From Glycera tridactyla (taxonomy: Eukaryota), in contig OZ286470.1 in assembly GCA_965644265.1 (NCBI GenBank), positions 83,576,001 through 83,640,000 on the forward strand: a stretch of DNA of 64,000 bases, read 5' to 3'. A program made the translations under genes and the position numbers. Numbering within the stretch: position 1 is the stretch's first letter; every line of letters begins with the position of its first letter. The notes beneath the pieces are model-generated. The model saw only the letters and a list, made by a program, of their open reading frames with translations. It was not told the origin of the DNA and did no database searches. Positions 33,201 to 46,930 of the stretch are shown piece after piece.

Positions 33201-34282
33201 TGAATCAAAATGCACCCTGGAGACCATCTCAACAGCGACGTATAAACAAGGTGTAATCAGGTCCTGGGACAAAATTCGCTGAATCCATAGCAAATGAAAA
33301 CATATACCACCCGGATAAACCTAGCATTCGATGACACTGGTTGTTGGCCAAAGGATCCTGGAAACTCCCTTGATCTGCCGATTTGTGGAGCTTCGACAAA
33401 AATGCTGGAAAAGGCAGGCTGAGGATCGTCATAGTTCGATTATTACATACATCATAAGCCCTAGTTGGAGAGAGTATTCACAACTGACAGTGAAAATATC
33501 AACGATGAATGATGGCCCAATTATCGTCGAATATATTCCACAAGGCCGATGCTAGACGAGTAAACTAAAGGCCTGGTATTTGACGAATGCGAAATAAATT
33601 GAGTAGTTATGGGCTAACAAATAGAGACTGTTATGCAATATCGAACAAAATTGGCAAGCAGCATCACTAACTCGACTCTTTTATCACCACTGACTGTACA
33701 GAATCGAAACAATTCTATTCGATCAAAACTCTTTATTCTGGGAGCAATACATATTCAGGTGTCATACACATCCCCCAACACCTTGTTCCACGTCGGTCAC
33801 TCGAAACACCATATATGAATATACAGTTTTCAGAATGATGAATAGTCTTTATTCCGCCACATAGAATGGATCAAAAAGACAATGCGTCGGTGCTTGTTTG
33901 TTGCCTATTTGTTACCCTATTTTAATTGTAGTTAGCAACATTCTTTCGGAGAATATTGCTTTATATCACATCGTATACCCAATGATTGCTTTGTTACCAG
34001 ATTCTAATCAGTGAATGTAATAACTATGGAGTTATGAGGTATTGAGATGCCACAATGTGTTGTATCACGTAAGACTGAATAAAATGGAGGGCAATGAAAC
34101 TTGCTGGCTACCTCAACACACAGGTGAAAAACAAGTCACCACTGGGTTGAAGCGCAAGTTCATGATTCCATACAGGAGAATGGCGGGATAAGAGCTTGGT
34201 GGCTGAGGACCTTTCTCCACTCTTATAGGTGTACGCAGCATATTTGCTAAAACATCCCGCTTTGAATCAGCGAGTCCCTAGC

Positions 34283-34347
34283 ATCTACCTATAAAGGCCA
34301 CATTTTTATGCGACCGGAGGTGGTCTTTTCAGGGAGGTTCGACTATA
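34283..34347. mobile_element. Degenerate right-end fragment of the same TA-MITE family
   Basis: CTATAAAGGCCAC...ATGCGACCGGAGGTGGTCTT...AGGTTCGACTATA matches the right end of the 21.2 and 44.0 kb copies. Confidence 0.6.
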
Positions 34348-34526
34348 CCTCTCCTGTACTTTCTTTCAAATCTATGCTGGTAAGGGGTATTGGAGTGACT
34401 GGTTTGTAGTCACATATTATAGTGCCAGCACTAACCCAGGATAATTGTTTTCAGATCCCAAATAGATACTCACGCCATCATCCCGTCCTATCTCTGTGTA
34501 GCTCATCCCTATTTCAGTGTTTTGAG

Positions 34527-34655
34527 CTCAGACCAATCATGTATCCCGTGACTGCAGTATAACCTGTATCTCAGACCAATCATGTATCAGGTGACTGCAG
34601 TATAACATGTATCTCAGACCAATCATGTATCCCGTGACTGCAGTATAACCTGTAT
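34527..34655. repeat. 43-bp tandem repeat x3, each unit ending in a MITE TIR
   Basis: CTCAGACCAATCATGTATCCCGTGACTGCAGTATAACCTGTAT starts at 34527, 34570 and 34613. Confidence 0.92.
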
Positions 34656-34826
34656 CCGGCAACCAGCCTCGGGAAATCTCGGGAAATAAAAAGTGGTTGG
34701 TTAAGACAGATGGTCGCTTGATACAGGTGAATTATAGTGAAACAGAACCCTGGCTGGATTCTGAAAAGTGGCTGCTTAAGACATGTGGTTGCTGAATACA
34801 GTGATTGCTTAATACAGGTTACACTG
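34641..34826. mobile_element. Tc1/mariner-type MITE with CAGT(A/G)TAACCTGTAT TIRs
   Basis: Left CAGTATAACCTGTAT (34641-34655) is the inverse of right ATACAGGTTACACTG (34812-34826) with one mismatch, followed by TA; internal GTGG(T/C)TG.TTAAGAC subterminal motifs. Confidence 0.7.
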
Positions 34827-37311
34827 TATAATGTAGTGTATGGTCAAGCATACTGATAGGCCTCCCCATACCTTTGTCAAAGTCACCTATCCAATGACCG
34901 GTTTCAACCACAGCCATTCCAGGATTGGTTCAAGTGTACCGACGCTACCACCAAAACATGCAGCACCTTCGAAATCATATCTGCAAGTGTAGAGTATAGA
35001 CCGACATATAAATATATATCCATCCATATACTTATGTATTTAAGACCCGATCCTGAAAGCTGGAAGAGATGCTGAATGACAGCCGCTAGAGATAATCCGT
35101 TTCCTGCATTCACTGGCACAGATAATTCTATATATGGCGGATGTAAGTATGTAAATGGCTGCAAGCCAACACTCTAGTCTGAAAGCAACGTCTTTCAATA
35201 ACGCCGAGTACCTTGAAGACAGAATTGAAGCACCATGAAAAAAAAACTCGTTTCTGCAGGTAATATTGTTCTACTCACTCCAGTATTGATGCTGACAATA
35301 TTTCTCACTTGTCTGGCATTGTATTCAGTAAAGAAAGAAGTTTGATGGATTTTCCCGTGTAGTATTCGTGCCTCTTGAGAATTGGTTCGGATATCCCCTG
35401 GCAGAAGTGAAATAGCTTAGCTAGTTCCCCATTATCACCCAACTCACATTCCGTACTTTTAGGTCGCCAATTTCTCATAAGATTTCTCATCCGCACGATT
35501 TGGCATGAAGGTTTTCAAAAGTATGAATGAGTAGCTTTGTTCAACGTAATGTTGAAATTTTGCCAGAATACTAACTTCACTTCATACTCATTGCTGATAT
35601 TTTCAGTGACGGTTTCAAAGAAGTAACCAGAATATTTCCACGCCCAATTCGATCAATATATCTTCACCTGAACAAGTATTCGGAGAAAAAACTTTTGAAA
35701 TTTCGACAGCTTGCTCTGCGCATGAATGTAATTCAAATAAAGACTCTGAAAGTCACTCATTCATCTAGGTATGTTATCGCGATGGGTCAGTCTTGGAACA
35801 ACGCAACTTTTCTATATCAATCTGTCCTCCTTGCAACCTTCACTTTTGAACAGACCGAAAAAGAGATGGAATTTTGCTGGGCGCCGGCACCTATGCTCGG
35901 GCGGGAGAATTACTATATACTCCTAATATGTGCCGAATATCCTATGAAAATTCATGACTATCATGGATATTTAATGTGTCACCGTGAAATATATAACTCA
36001 TGGGAACATCGAGGACTTCCCACGGGTTTTGTACTTGACACGGGAGTTATAAATCTGCTTACATTCCTTCCCTGATTGACGGCACATGGCTGAAAGGTAG
36101 GTAGCTTGTAGTATTATCCCGGCTGAGCAGTCAGGCATGTAATGTGTGAGCCGTTACTGTATGTACCGCGAGTAGGCAGGCCCAATACGCCGGCGAGCAA
36201 GCCCAATTGAGCAATGTTTTGTCGTATATTGTCTGGATAATGAAGCAAGCATAATATTGTCCTGCTCAGCATAAAGCTGTTGGCCAGGTGTTGGACTCAA
36301 TTACACCGGCTTAGTATATAAACATCACTGAATCAATCGTGTACAACACACGATTGCCAGATAAAATCACCACATTCTACAAAACAAGCAGTTCACAAGG
36401 CACCGATAAATATCCGATATCAATTTGTGTACTCAAGTTGTGTTCTACACACAAAACACTCTATCTTTCTGTGGTACATTGTAGGGCCTAGGAGTAGGTT
36501 CATGATAGGTACTTTCGAATATTGTATATATGTGTGTGCGTATGCGTGTATATATCTGTGTTCTACTGGGTCCATGAATGTGTCCAAGTCTGGCCATGTT
36601 ATACCCGATTCGTGCTAGCGATCAAATGTGGATGATTTGCATCCCACCACTACACTTCACCTAGGTGTGAATAGTACATGACCAGGAGCAAAGTTGCAGT
36701 CTCATAACGGCCGTCACTCTCAAACTTTTACTGGAAGACTCAACTTTACAATACCTAAATTCAAATATATCGGAACATGGACTGCAGAATTGGAGGGAGA
36801 AAGGGTGAGTATATATTCATGTATTATCTCTCAGATTATTGACTTGGAGCGATAAGTAGGCTTGGTGAATAATACAACGTAGATGCATTGATACTGACCG
36901 ATTCTAAATGAATTCCCTCTACCCTGATTCGATATATGATGTGTACCATTATTCGAGATTAACCCCTTACCTAGCAGCAATCCGTAGCTATGGCATAATG
37001 GTACATCATACATGTAGCGTGAGCCGATGGTTTTAGTACAGAGCGGCTGAGTATGTGACTGTCAAACTGACAAGCGGGTGAAAAAAACACAGATTATTTT
37101 GTAACTGACTTCAGGAGATCACTGATTTTGTTGTCTGTCTCTCACTAGTGAGCTTTTGCGTTAATATGTGCATCTGCATCATTGGTATTACCACCAGTTA
37201 TTTTAAAATATTTCTAAGATCGGTTCCAGTTGGTCCCCATCCTTGCCACATAGATGAATGTGATTGAATGGACCTTTTCCATTCATTTGCACGTCGTGAT
37301 GAAGGGAATGC

Positions 37312-37448
37312 ACTGCGTGTGATACTTAACAGCTGGGTGAGAAGTACTATTACATGATTTCACCCCTATTCCATGTGATAGAAGCCTTCGGCATCTTAAC
37401 ATCCGGTGAGTATTGCGTTTTCACTTCACGGCCGTATATTCTTGCTAT
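37312..37448 (+). mobile_element. Dispersed tail+hairpin element, copy C (left arm deleted; TTC-type apex)
   Basis: GCGTGTGATACTTAACAGCTGGGTGAGA tail, CCATGTGATA joined to GCCTTCGGC apex, and right arm ...CACGGCCGTATATTCTTGCTA. Confidence 0.7.
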
Positions 37449-39619
37449 GGTATACAAAATATGACCACCAGTTTATATACGGAGATGCAACCGGATGTCA
37501 TACTTCCCTGACCAATGTGATCGGGTCCATCATGATTAATTGTTAGGGATTGTATTTCCTTTCTACATCACTTACCAGACAATAGAATTCTACGTCAACT
37601 CGCTTATTTGATACAGCACTGCGAAAACTTCGTGTAATTGAACATACTGTAATAAATACGGAAGTTGAAGGGTGGCTGATCGTTGGGATCTGTTGAGTGT
37701 GAATTTGTGTCCTTGAATCTAACTATTATCTTACCGAATATCAGTGGGGTTAATGCATAACCCTGTCGATACACCCAGCCCCATTCAATGTATTGTACTC
37801 CCACTACCACGCAAACTACCCCACTAGCTATTCATACGTCTGATTATGTGTGTAAATATTATATAGTCAAGTGTTTGTGTTCGTGGTGATACTCTCCCCC
37901 ACTCTAACAACAGGTGTGTGATTAGTCTATGAGCCCCTGGAATCACTTGAATGACATGCAGGCTTCGGGAATACGAGCTTACGTCTCTTCTCTTCCTCGA
38001 AATGTTAGTCTTTGATCTATATTTAAGTGGGACCCCTGCGATCATGATATAAACATCATGAAATCGATGTTGGTCTCAGGTGTGCGGGTTCACGGTTGAG
38101 TGCTGACGTAAGGGTACGGTTGGGTAAATATTCAGTCAGGCGTGGCAGGAAACCTTATTAGTCATACTGAATGATTTCTTTCTTGATATAGCCTTGATGA
38201 CGTAAGACGAGTAGAGCGGATTAGATTGGTCAATGATTGCCGTGTACATTACAAGTGCTGTGTATACTTATCAAACAAACTCCGCACTCAACCCTTCCCT
38301 CTTTACCTACTTCTACTGCATGATATGTCTCGCAATTCAGTTTCAGGCGCAGGAGCACGGGGCGTAACCCAGCACTTACAGACATCGAAGCATTCCTCTC
38401 CACTGACAATTTTTCAGGCACCTTTCAGGTCCCGATCCACTCACACGCAATTGGGCCCTATTCCACTATTATGACAAATTGGTAAGCAGAATCTTCATCG
38501 AGATATGATACAGGATTTGTGAAGTCCAGACTATGTTGTGTGTTTGATGTGGTTATCTCCAGTATTGCGGATTTTGAATTCATGGTCGAAGGGCAATTAC
38601 ACTGGTGTCTTCTATGAAGCGAGTGTGATGTCACATGGAGAGGTATCAGTAAATGCTGCAGGTGTTTGAAATCAGCACTGCTTGGATTCTGAACTCTGAA
38701 GGATCTCAGTCTCGCAAGTACATATATCCTGCATGCTATCATACACACCACACCGTATCTTTATTCGAGATTAAAGTTATGCATATTGCATGATTGTTGA
38801 GATCGAGTGGAGAAAGTCTGGCTGTAGCAAAGTATGTTCAAAAGCCATCTTTGTGCATCTCTTTTTCACTCCGGGGATTAGGTAAACCTCATATAATCAT
38901 CATATGGGTTATTATGCTAAATACTCACACACACATACCGACACACATATACCCCTCACACACCTACACACATATATATCATTCCAATTCTCTTCGGTTT
39001 GGGTTTGACAGTATGCTCAGCAATCATTCTCCGTACAATTGGATGTGACTCCTAATTGCCCCTTTCAAACAAAGACGGAAAAGATTCAACTTATCCAAAA
39101 ACAGATGTATGACTGATATATCATTATACACTCAATTTGAGATAAAGATCATCTCTCGATGATATGGTGCCTATATATCTAAAATCACAGCTGCGGTTTA
39201 GTGATGGATGTGACAAGAGAGGACATTGTTGATTAAGACTGAGGGAGTAGGGGTACACTAGGGAATTGATAAGTGATTACTCATATCAGAAGATATGTAG
39301 GTCATGCTGCTTCTGATCAGTGCTCATCACAGATGCAGGGAACTGATACACCCACTGATACATCATGTATGATATGATGCGGTATGGAACATACATCTTT
39401 TCATGTTCTCCCGATACATCATATATCCGGCCTCTGTTCATTTATTCGTTTATCGGCTCTTTTATTGTTAGACAACAGCAGGATTTGCAGAAAAATGTGG
39501 TGACCCTGAAACATCCAGCTCTAGCCAATAACCTTTCTGAAATTATCATTCTGTTATTATTCCTAATATTCTAAATTTTCCTGGGTTGTGGTCTGTTTTG
39601 TAACTGTGATGTTGATGTC

Positions 39620-39816
39620 ATAGCGAGAATATGTGACCGTGAAGTAAAACGCTTCGGACAAAATTCATACCAAGTTTGGTATTGCGTTTTGAGCTCACGG
39701 CCATATATTCTTGCTTTTATCACATGGATTTGGAGAGAAATTACAATGAGGTAGTTCTCTCCCAGCTGTGAAGTTTCACCAGTGATACTCAACACCTGAT
39801 ACCTAATCGAAAATGT
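39620..39816 (-). mobile_element. Dispersed tail+hairpin element, copy D (reverse orientation, apex deleted)
   Basis: The reverse complement reads TTTTCGATTAGGTATCAGGTGTTGAGTATC...CCATGTGATAAAAGCAAGAATATATGGCCGTGAG...CGCAATACCAAAC. Confidence 0.75.
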
Positions 39817-42800
39817 CACATCCATGTAATGATATGTGTATCAGTATTGGTGATGACGCTGTTGTTGTATTGTCAGAAGCGCCATCTGGTGCATATCGGA
39901 GAGTAAATCTACAATTGATTGATGGAACGTGAGTATAAACTGATTGTGTTCAATAATTGAGCCAAGGGCAGGGAGGAAAAACAAACCTTGAGCGGCCAGT
40001 TGGTTCACCACTATCAATCATGCATCTACTAACAAACATCGATCATCTTATCTGAATTGCCCATCTGATCATTATACTAGGCTATTAATATCAATCATTG
40101 ATAAGAACAAATGAGAGTCAAGCTTGTTTTCCGATTTTTGATAATGATCTGCATCATATAACTGATTCGACCAGTCATTCGACTTGCCGATATGACCTAA
40201 ATATTTGTTGTCCTTGTAAAGTAGAATAATCTCAGACCTAGATATTCTCTAAATTTCAACCTATGGAGAAATACGATTGTAGGTCCCGGACATTCAATCG
40301 ACACAACGGAATCTAGTATGTACATGCTCCATGCCTTCACAAGTAACATTCAAGAATTCGCCTGTATAATCATGTGTTCTATATCATCACTGCAAAAGCA
40401 CAAGCAAGTATATTCAGCTCCTAGAAAGAAGAGAATAATGTAATTAATCGAGCATGGTTGATATATTCGGCTTAGATTAGACCCGCTCATATTATCCCAC
40501 TGGAATAGTGCAGGAATGCATACGGTCCTACCTTCTTAACTAACAAATGGATCAAACCCCAATCGGCTCACATACTCATCCCCTCCAGAGTCAGATGTAC
40601 CAGAGAGGAGAATGGAATACCGTGAGAAATACATTGAAAACGCTGATTCAGATACATGAGAGACGTCTTGCTTGCAATGACATTGACGGCATTGAACAAA
40701 GGGAAAATATGATGAATGCCGATGGGACATAAACTCTGAGCAATATATCGAACAATTGATACCACGCTAAAGTAGTATAGGGGTATGAAGTTATATCGAT
40801 AATATCCATCATCTCCTGGGGGGTTTATAGCATTAACAAGACGCTGGACATGAGCTTGGGTCAAACAAAACAGCTCACCAATAAAGAACACCACAAGAAA
40901 CATCCAGTGGGGAAATCATCATACTTGAATTTTCCGGAATCCCAACAGTTTTTCTTAATTATCCGAGTAAGACATGTGAATACGAATGTGGATGTGAATA
41001 CGATCGAGGGTATATCATAGATAGGAAAAGATATTTGATTTTGAATTGATTCTTTATTTTTGTTCGTCTTCAAACAGTAGCAACAAGTGATACAGTAGGT
41101 ACATGCACCCTCATACTGGGTCGTTTCCATGCTGACTTCAATCAATTTCAACCATATCTTCAACATAACAAAAATAAACTTATTAAAATACAAGGCTCTA
41201 CCATCCAGCTATACATATATCGATGATCATAGTATGTATGATAATGAGGTGAAATAGGTGATAGTAATGAAATAGGTGATAGTAATGAATGATATGATTT
41301 AATGAACTGAAGCGATGATTCCTGCAAACCACGTAGATTTATTATGTTTAGTATATTTTGATATATCTTTATATTTTTATATATGCAGGAAATTCTTGAG
41401 TTTGTCTTTGAACTTTTTCACAGTATCTCTCCCAAAATCCGAATATTCGTTTACGTATTTATTCCACAATTCGGGGCCGCGATGTCTGAAGGAGCCTTCG
41501 GCTTGTTTTAGCCTGGGCTGATATGTTGTCAAATTTGAGATAGCGTGATTGTGTCCTGCTGTGATGTCAGGCTCTATATGAATGTCAAACTCACCTCAGT
41601 TGGAGGATTTAGCAGAAGATGATGGCTACTAAACATGCGGAGTATGGTACATGGCCCGGATCATGTACAATATACGAACTCACCTTCTCGAGAAAACAAT
41701 ACTTCACACATCGCCATATCTGATAGTTTGAGTAGATTTGAGGCCACTTTGAGAATATACTTCTCAGCCAGCTTGAAAGTGAAGTGTCTTCATTTCAGTC
41801 AAGTCAAAGAAGGCAACAGCGCACACACTCATCTCTCAAGCTGGTTAAAATGAAAACAATTTAATCTGAATCGAAGCTAGCTGAAGATATGTGGAATGGA
41901 ACACCACTCAATCAGATCAGAGGAGAAATGAGTACAGAGTTCAGTGATGCGTGTTAATGTGAATCTGATTGTATCAAATCGAGCGTTAGCGAGCTGGTTA
42001 AAGCCGACGTACTTGTGTACTCAGTCATTCATTTGTCAATCTGATCTCACCAGTGACGTTACCATGGTGGAGAGAACGTTACGGGAGGAGTCAACTTACT
42101 TCACATGATTTTGAAAAATATATTCTGTGATGTAGCTGTGGTATAAATGCAGGAAATATGGTTACAGACCGTGCGTGACAGCTCGGGTATCAAAGGTCGG
42201 TCTTGTGGATGGGAGTCATAAGGCTTCATAAGTCTCATACATTTCTATTCTGTTATGAAAGTATATCTCAGATACTTCTCCCCTCAAAACAGTGCAGATA
42301 CAATCACATACAAACAAATCCAATAATTATATAACATGTTGAGAAAAATATCATCATGTGATTTTGGGGTTTTGCTTGTCCTGTAGGCACATAAAGGAAC
42401 CAATGCTGCCTTTCGCAAAGATGGAGGAGCATCTCTGTCAGCGCTTCCTGTTTTCTCGAATGTTTCTATTTTTTCAGTTCGATATGACCTGTAGATGTTA
42501 TCAGGATGTTGAACCAATCAACAACCTAACTCACATGGAGGGGTGACGTACACAGCAAGTCACGTGAAGAAACTCAACTAAATAGCACTGTTACATAATA
42601 TTGAGCAGGGATCATTTTTAGATGGGTGACGAGAAAGAATGAGTCTCACCAAACTATATTGGACCCATATAACATCGATCATGTAAGTACGTTATGCAAA
42701 AATGAAAAAGGGAGTTATATGACATCAGATCTGTTCGGATCCTAATGCACTCAATTCGATGGACCCCTTCTTCGGATTTGCATTCGGTCACGGTACTAGA

Positions 42801-42855
42801 TAAACGACATCGGTAGTTGCGGTGTCATTTTTGCGTGTAACCATCATAGACATGA

Positions 42856-43196
42856 TGGTACAGGAGCAAAATTCGACCCAAACCGGAAAAAAATAGAGAA
42901 AGCTGATTTTTTTCAGGAAAGCTACCTTGAGGGTCCAAAAAAAAAGAAGCAAATGTTCAAAAGTCCTCGTGGTTCTAACCGTGTGGTGGCACAAAATTGA
43001 AGATGGCTGCCATGAATAATAGGAACATATTATAACCTTGGACAAAAATGTCACTCATGGATGTGCCGCCGACTGGTTAGCATCATGGGGACTTTTTGGG
43101 ACTTAATATTTTCGGGCACAGGGACAACAAGACAGCTTGACTGAAAAAAATCAGCTTTCTCTTTTTCTAGGAGTGAATGCTAACGCTTCTGTACCA
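42856..43196. mobile_element. MITE-like element with long imperfect terminal inverted repeats
   Basis: TGGTACAG...AGAGAAAGCTGATTTTTTTCAG (42856-42916) is inverse to CTGAAAAAAATCAGCTTTCTCT...CTGTACCA (43141-43196); no clear TSD. Confidence 0.6.
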
Positions 43197-44034
43197 TAAG
43201 CAAGCAGCCCAAAGATGATTTCAATTTTCTAAGTTTATGCTCCATATCCATCATTTTTCACTTCAGCGCTTGTTTTTCTTTCTCACCTTCGCTCATGCAG
43301 AATTTATGGCACAATTCGGTCTTTTCCAGATTATCGTATGCCTGCCAAGTGACATGTGGTTCCAATTCATTTCAATGGAGTCGATCATAATACGCATGCG
43401 TCAATCCTCGTATAATATCACATATTCATGTACTATTTCAAGGTGTAGAACTTCTAAGGTTTCTCTATAGAGGGGTGTGTGCATGCGATGCTCTCACTTC
43501 CAGATATTTTTGTCTGATATTTCGATCTTCAAAGACAATTTAGAGGTCACGTATACTCGTATAGAATGTCCCGAGTGTCGTGTACAGTGACAGCGTACAC
43601 GTCAAGTAGCGAGGCCATGGGGACGCATGAGACGCGTATGCTCTCACCGTACACGAAACGAGTGATATTCTGTATTTATCATCCGATTGCTCTATGGTTA
43701 CATGATGCAACCACCGAGATTACACGATCCCTACCTACGTACACGGTGAATGACGATTACATACATACATACTACATGCGGTATCGGATGATATCAAATG
43801 GCAAAGATCGTACAAATTCCTTATTTCTAGATATTTTTCGCAATGTATCGCAGCGGGACATGCAGGGCACCCTAAAAACTCCATCGGGATTCCTTGTGCT
43901 TCAATCGTACATGCTAGTCATTTATATACTTGTGCAGCAAGAACGAGAGAGTGAAAGAGTCGTTCCACAACTCCGCAGGGACCATCTACCAACGACGTAT
44001 GATCGTATAAAAACACAATACGCAATTACTTATA

Positions 44035-44211
44035 CAGTCGAACCTGCTCTAAAGACCACCTCTCTATAGAGACCACCTCTCTATAGAGACCACCCTAGCT
44101 GCGACCATGGTAGTATTTTCAACAGTAAATAACCTCTCTATAAAGACCACCTGTCCATAAAGACCACTTTTTGATGCGACCGAAGGTGGTCTTTATAGAC
44201 AGGTTCGACTG
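44035..44211. mobile_element. Tc1/mariner (pogo-like) MITE, 177 bp, TA target duplication
   Basis: Same TIRs and internal repeats as 21217-21394. Confidence 0.9.
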
Positions 44212-44309
44212 TATATGCACAATGATGATATGCTAGAGCAATAATGGTCAAATTATCAATGTGAGAGATATCTATTTTCGCTGAGCACGTGACCAGAGTT
44301 CACCATTTT

Positions 44310-44430
44310 TTTTTGCTTGTTTGAGGTTTGCCGGTATGTATCAACACTAGGGTTATGTATGTTGTGTCTTCCTGATTGATGAAAGCTAGATGTTGATCCT
44401 CTCTGCAGACATCACCCTCACGAACCCTGA
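44310..44430 (-). mobile_element. SINE/LINE 3'-end fragment with CAAA-type tail
   Basis: The reverse complement aligns closely (roughly 80% by eye) with 46801-46930. Confidence 0.65.
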
Positions 44431-45744
44431 ATACAAGGTGATGGTAAAACTATGATATTGATATAGTGAGCCACGAGCAGGAATTGCGTGTATATGGTGG
44501 ACCTGTCGATTCACCGGTGTTTGAAGTCAGTTATTCTAGCCGATGTTAGTGATTTATCTGCTACCAGTCGCATGCGACATGGAATCTATCAGGGCAAGTA
44601 GCTAGTTTGATTCAGGATTGGATTTCTCGCATCTCCATCAGGCCAGTGCGGATTAGCATACAATGGCCCGTCTCTTAACAACCTAACCATCTCCGATAGA
44701 AGGTCACATTAGCATAGGGCCAAGCATCTCACCCTTGATAACATCGTTGAAATACATGAGATTGTCCATATCACGTTGTCTGTATCTATTTGTTTGCTAC
44801 TCTGGGTTTGTCAGCATTGATATCGGCCATGATTCTCCCACTTTTATCAACTGTCTGCACTTTTGTATATACATTTTAACCCCTATTGATTTGACGAGAT
44901 AGCCCAATATGTGTTGTAAGAATTTATAGCAGCTTTTAACTGCTTCTTTCGTGAGAGTAAATCTCCTGGATTCAGTCAGAAGGAATAGGCTTCGGCCGAT
45001 TACGTATTATTATGGTTCATTATAATCAATGCATATTATGAGCAGAAGAGATTGATAGTATACCCACCACAATGGTCAAGCTCCAGATTCAACAGTAAGG
45101 TGATCTGCTAAAGATTCATTAACCTACTAATGTCATGAAGTCATACATCTACATTTTATAATTGTATGTTATCCATCTGTTCACATACCGTACAAATCTG
45201 TCACCTTTATCCATCACCCGTAGTGATGTACGCAGCCATGTATTGTGTCTCACTGCTGGTACTTGTTTACACATTTATTGTACATATGTTTTTTTTTCTC
45301 AAGTGGTTGCGATATGGTCTCCAGACTCCTCCACGAGAGTGATAAATACGTTTCAAATTAAAAACGTAAAATGTTTTCTTGAATGTGTGTGAGAGTAAGT
45401 CGGTGAGTGAGTGTTTTTTTTTTCAAAGTTGATATGAATGTGTATGTGCTTGTGAGTGAATGCGTGTGTGTAACAGTGGCTAAAGATTTATTCCAAGTCA
45501 TTATGAATCGGTTTCCGATTACGAGCGTTTTTATCATGCTCTGCCATTTTCGAATACAGCTCTTTTCCTAACATGGATAGCGAATGGGTTCAGGGTTTGG
45601 TCAATGGTATGTACGTATACATTGTAATCTTTTTCCTAACTCCTTATCGATCCTATTTGTTCGCTCGTCGAATCAAGTCACCATCAAATGCTATATTTCG
45701 TGTCATATTCACGCAATGCATTTCAGACATATATTTTTTGATCT

Positions 45745-45922
45745 ATCTATCCATCCATCCATCCATCCATCCATCCACCCATACATGCATACATACATAC
45801 ATACATACATACATACATCTATCCATGTATCAATGCATCCTTGCACCCATCTCTCCATACACCCACCAATTTATCCATCCATCTACATATCTATGCATCT
45901 ACCAATACATCCATTCAGAGAT
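45745..45922. repeat. (ATCC)n/(ATAC)n compound microsatellite flanking a gap
   Basis: Direct reading. Confidence 0.93.
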
Positions 45923-46800
45923 NNNNNNNNNNNNNNNNNNNNNNNNNNNNNNNNNNNNNNNNNNNNNNNNNNNNNNNNNNNNNNNNNNNNNNNNNNNNNN
46001 NNNNNNNNNNNNNNNNNNNNNNNNNNNNNNNNNNNNNNNNNNNNNNNNNNNNNNNNNNNNNNNNNNNNNNNNNNNNNNNNNNNNNNNNNNNNNNNNNNNN
46101 NNNNNNNNNNNNNNNNNNNNNNNNNNNNNNNNNNNNNNNNNNNNNNNNNNNNNNNNNNNNNNNNNNNNNNNNNNNNNNNNNNNNNNNNNNNNNNNNNNNN
46201 NNNNNNNNNNNNNNNNNNNNNNNNNNNNNNNNNNNNNNNNNNNNNNNNNNNNNNNNNNNNNNNNNNNNNNNNNNNNNNNNNNNNNNNNNNNNNNNNNNNN
46301 NNNNNNNNNNNNNATCGTCAATCCATCTTTCCATCCATCCATGAAATCGTTGTTGCTTTTTCGGGGTATCGCAGATTTGAACATATTTAGATATGCTCAA
46401 GCCAGTACTTTGATATCATTTAGCTCTGAAATAATGGGGTTGCTGGTTAATTTAATCAATGCTATAGCCATGGATTAGAGACGAGTAGGCTGTGAAGGGA
46501 TTAGTGGAATAGTAGTGGAGGGCCAGATAATCCGTGACAGATGTGTTAATCAATATATCCCGTAATGTCGCAATTAGAGCGGATCAGCCTGGAATAATGA
46601 GCTCACGGCTGATTGCACACGCTCACAAGGGGCAATTAGGGGTAAGGCTCATACACCCCCCTAGATTGCTCAACTTATACACTTCCTTAGACATACTGTA
46701 TTCACCCGCCGATTTCCAAGGTTTCAAATACCTAGAGGTGTGTATGAACTGTCAGCTACTCCCACTTGACAACCTTTCAGGTTCCCCATCATCTTGTGTC

Positions 46801-46930
46801 CAGGGTTTGTGAGAGTGATGTCTGCAGGGGAGAGAACATCTAGCTTTCATTAACCAGGAACACACGGCATACATAACTCTGTGGGTTGATACATGCTGTC
46901 AAACCTCAAACAAACAAACAAACAAACAAA
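46801..46930 (+). mobile_element. SINE/LINE 3'-end fragment ending in (CAAA)n
   Basis: CAGGGTTTGTGAGAGTGATGTCTGCAG...AACATCTAGCTTTCAT...AAACCTCAAACAAACAAAC; inverted partner at 44310-44430. Confidence 0.65.

Noticed and set aside
36690-36812. Plus-strand exon ending in AGG|GTGAGT
   Set aside because: No convincing acceptor, no partner exons and no recognisable peptide.
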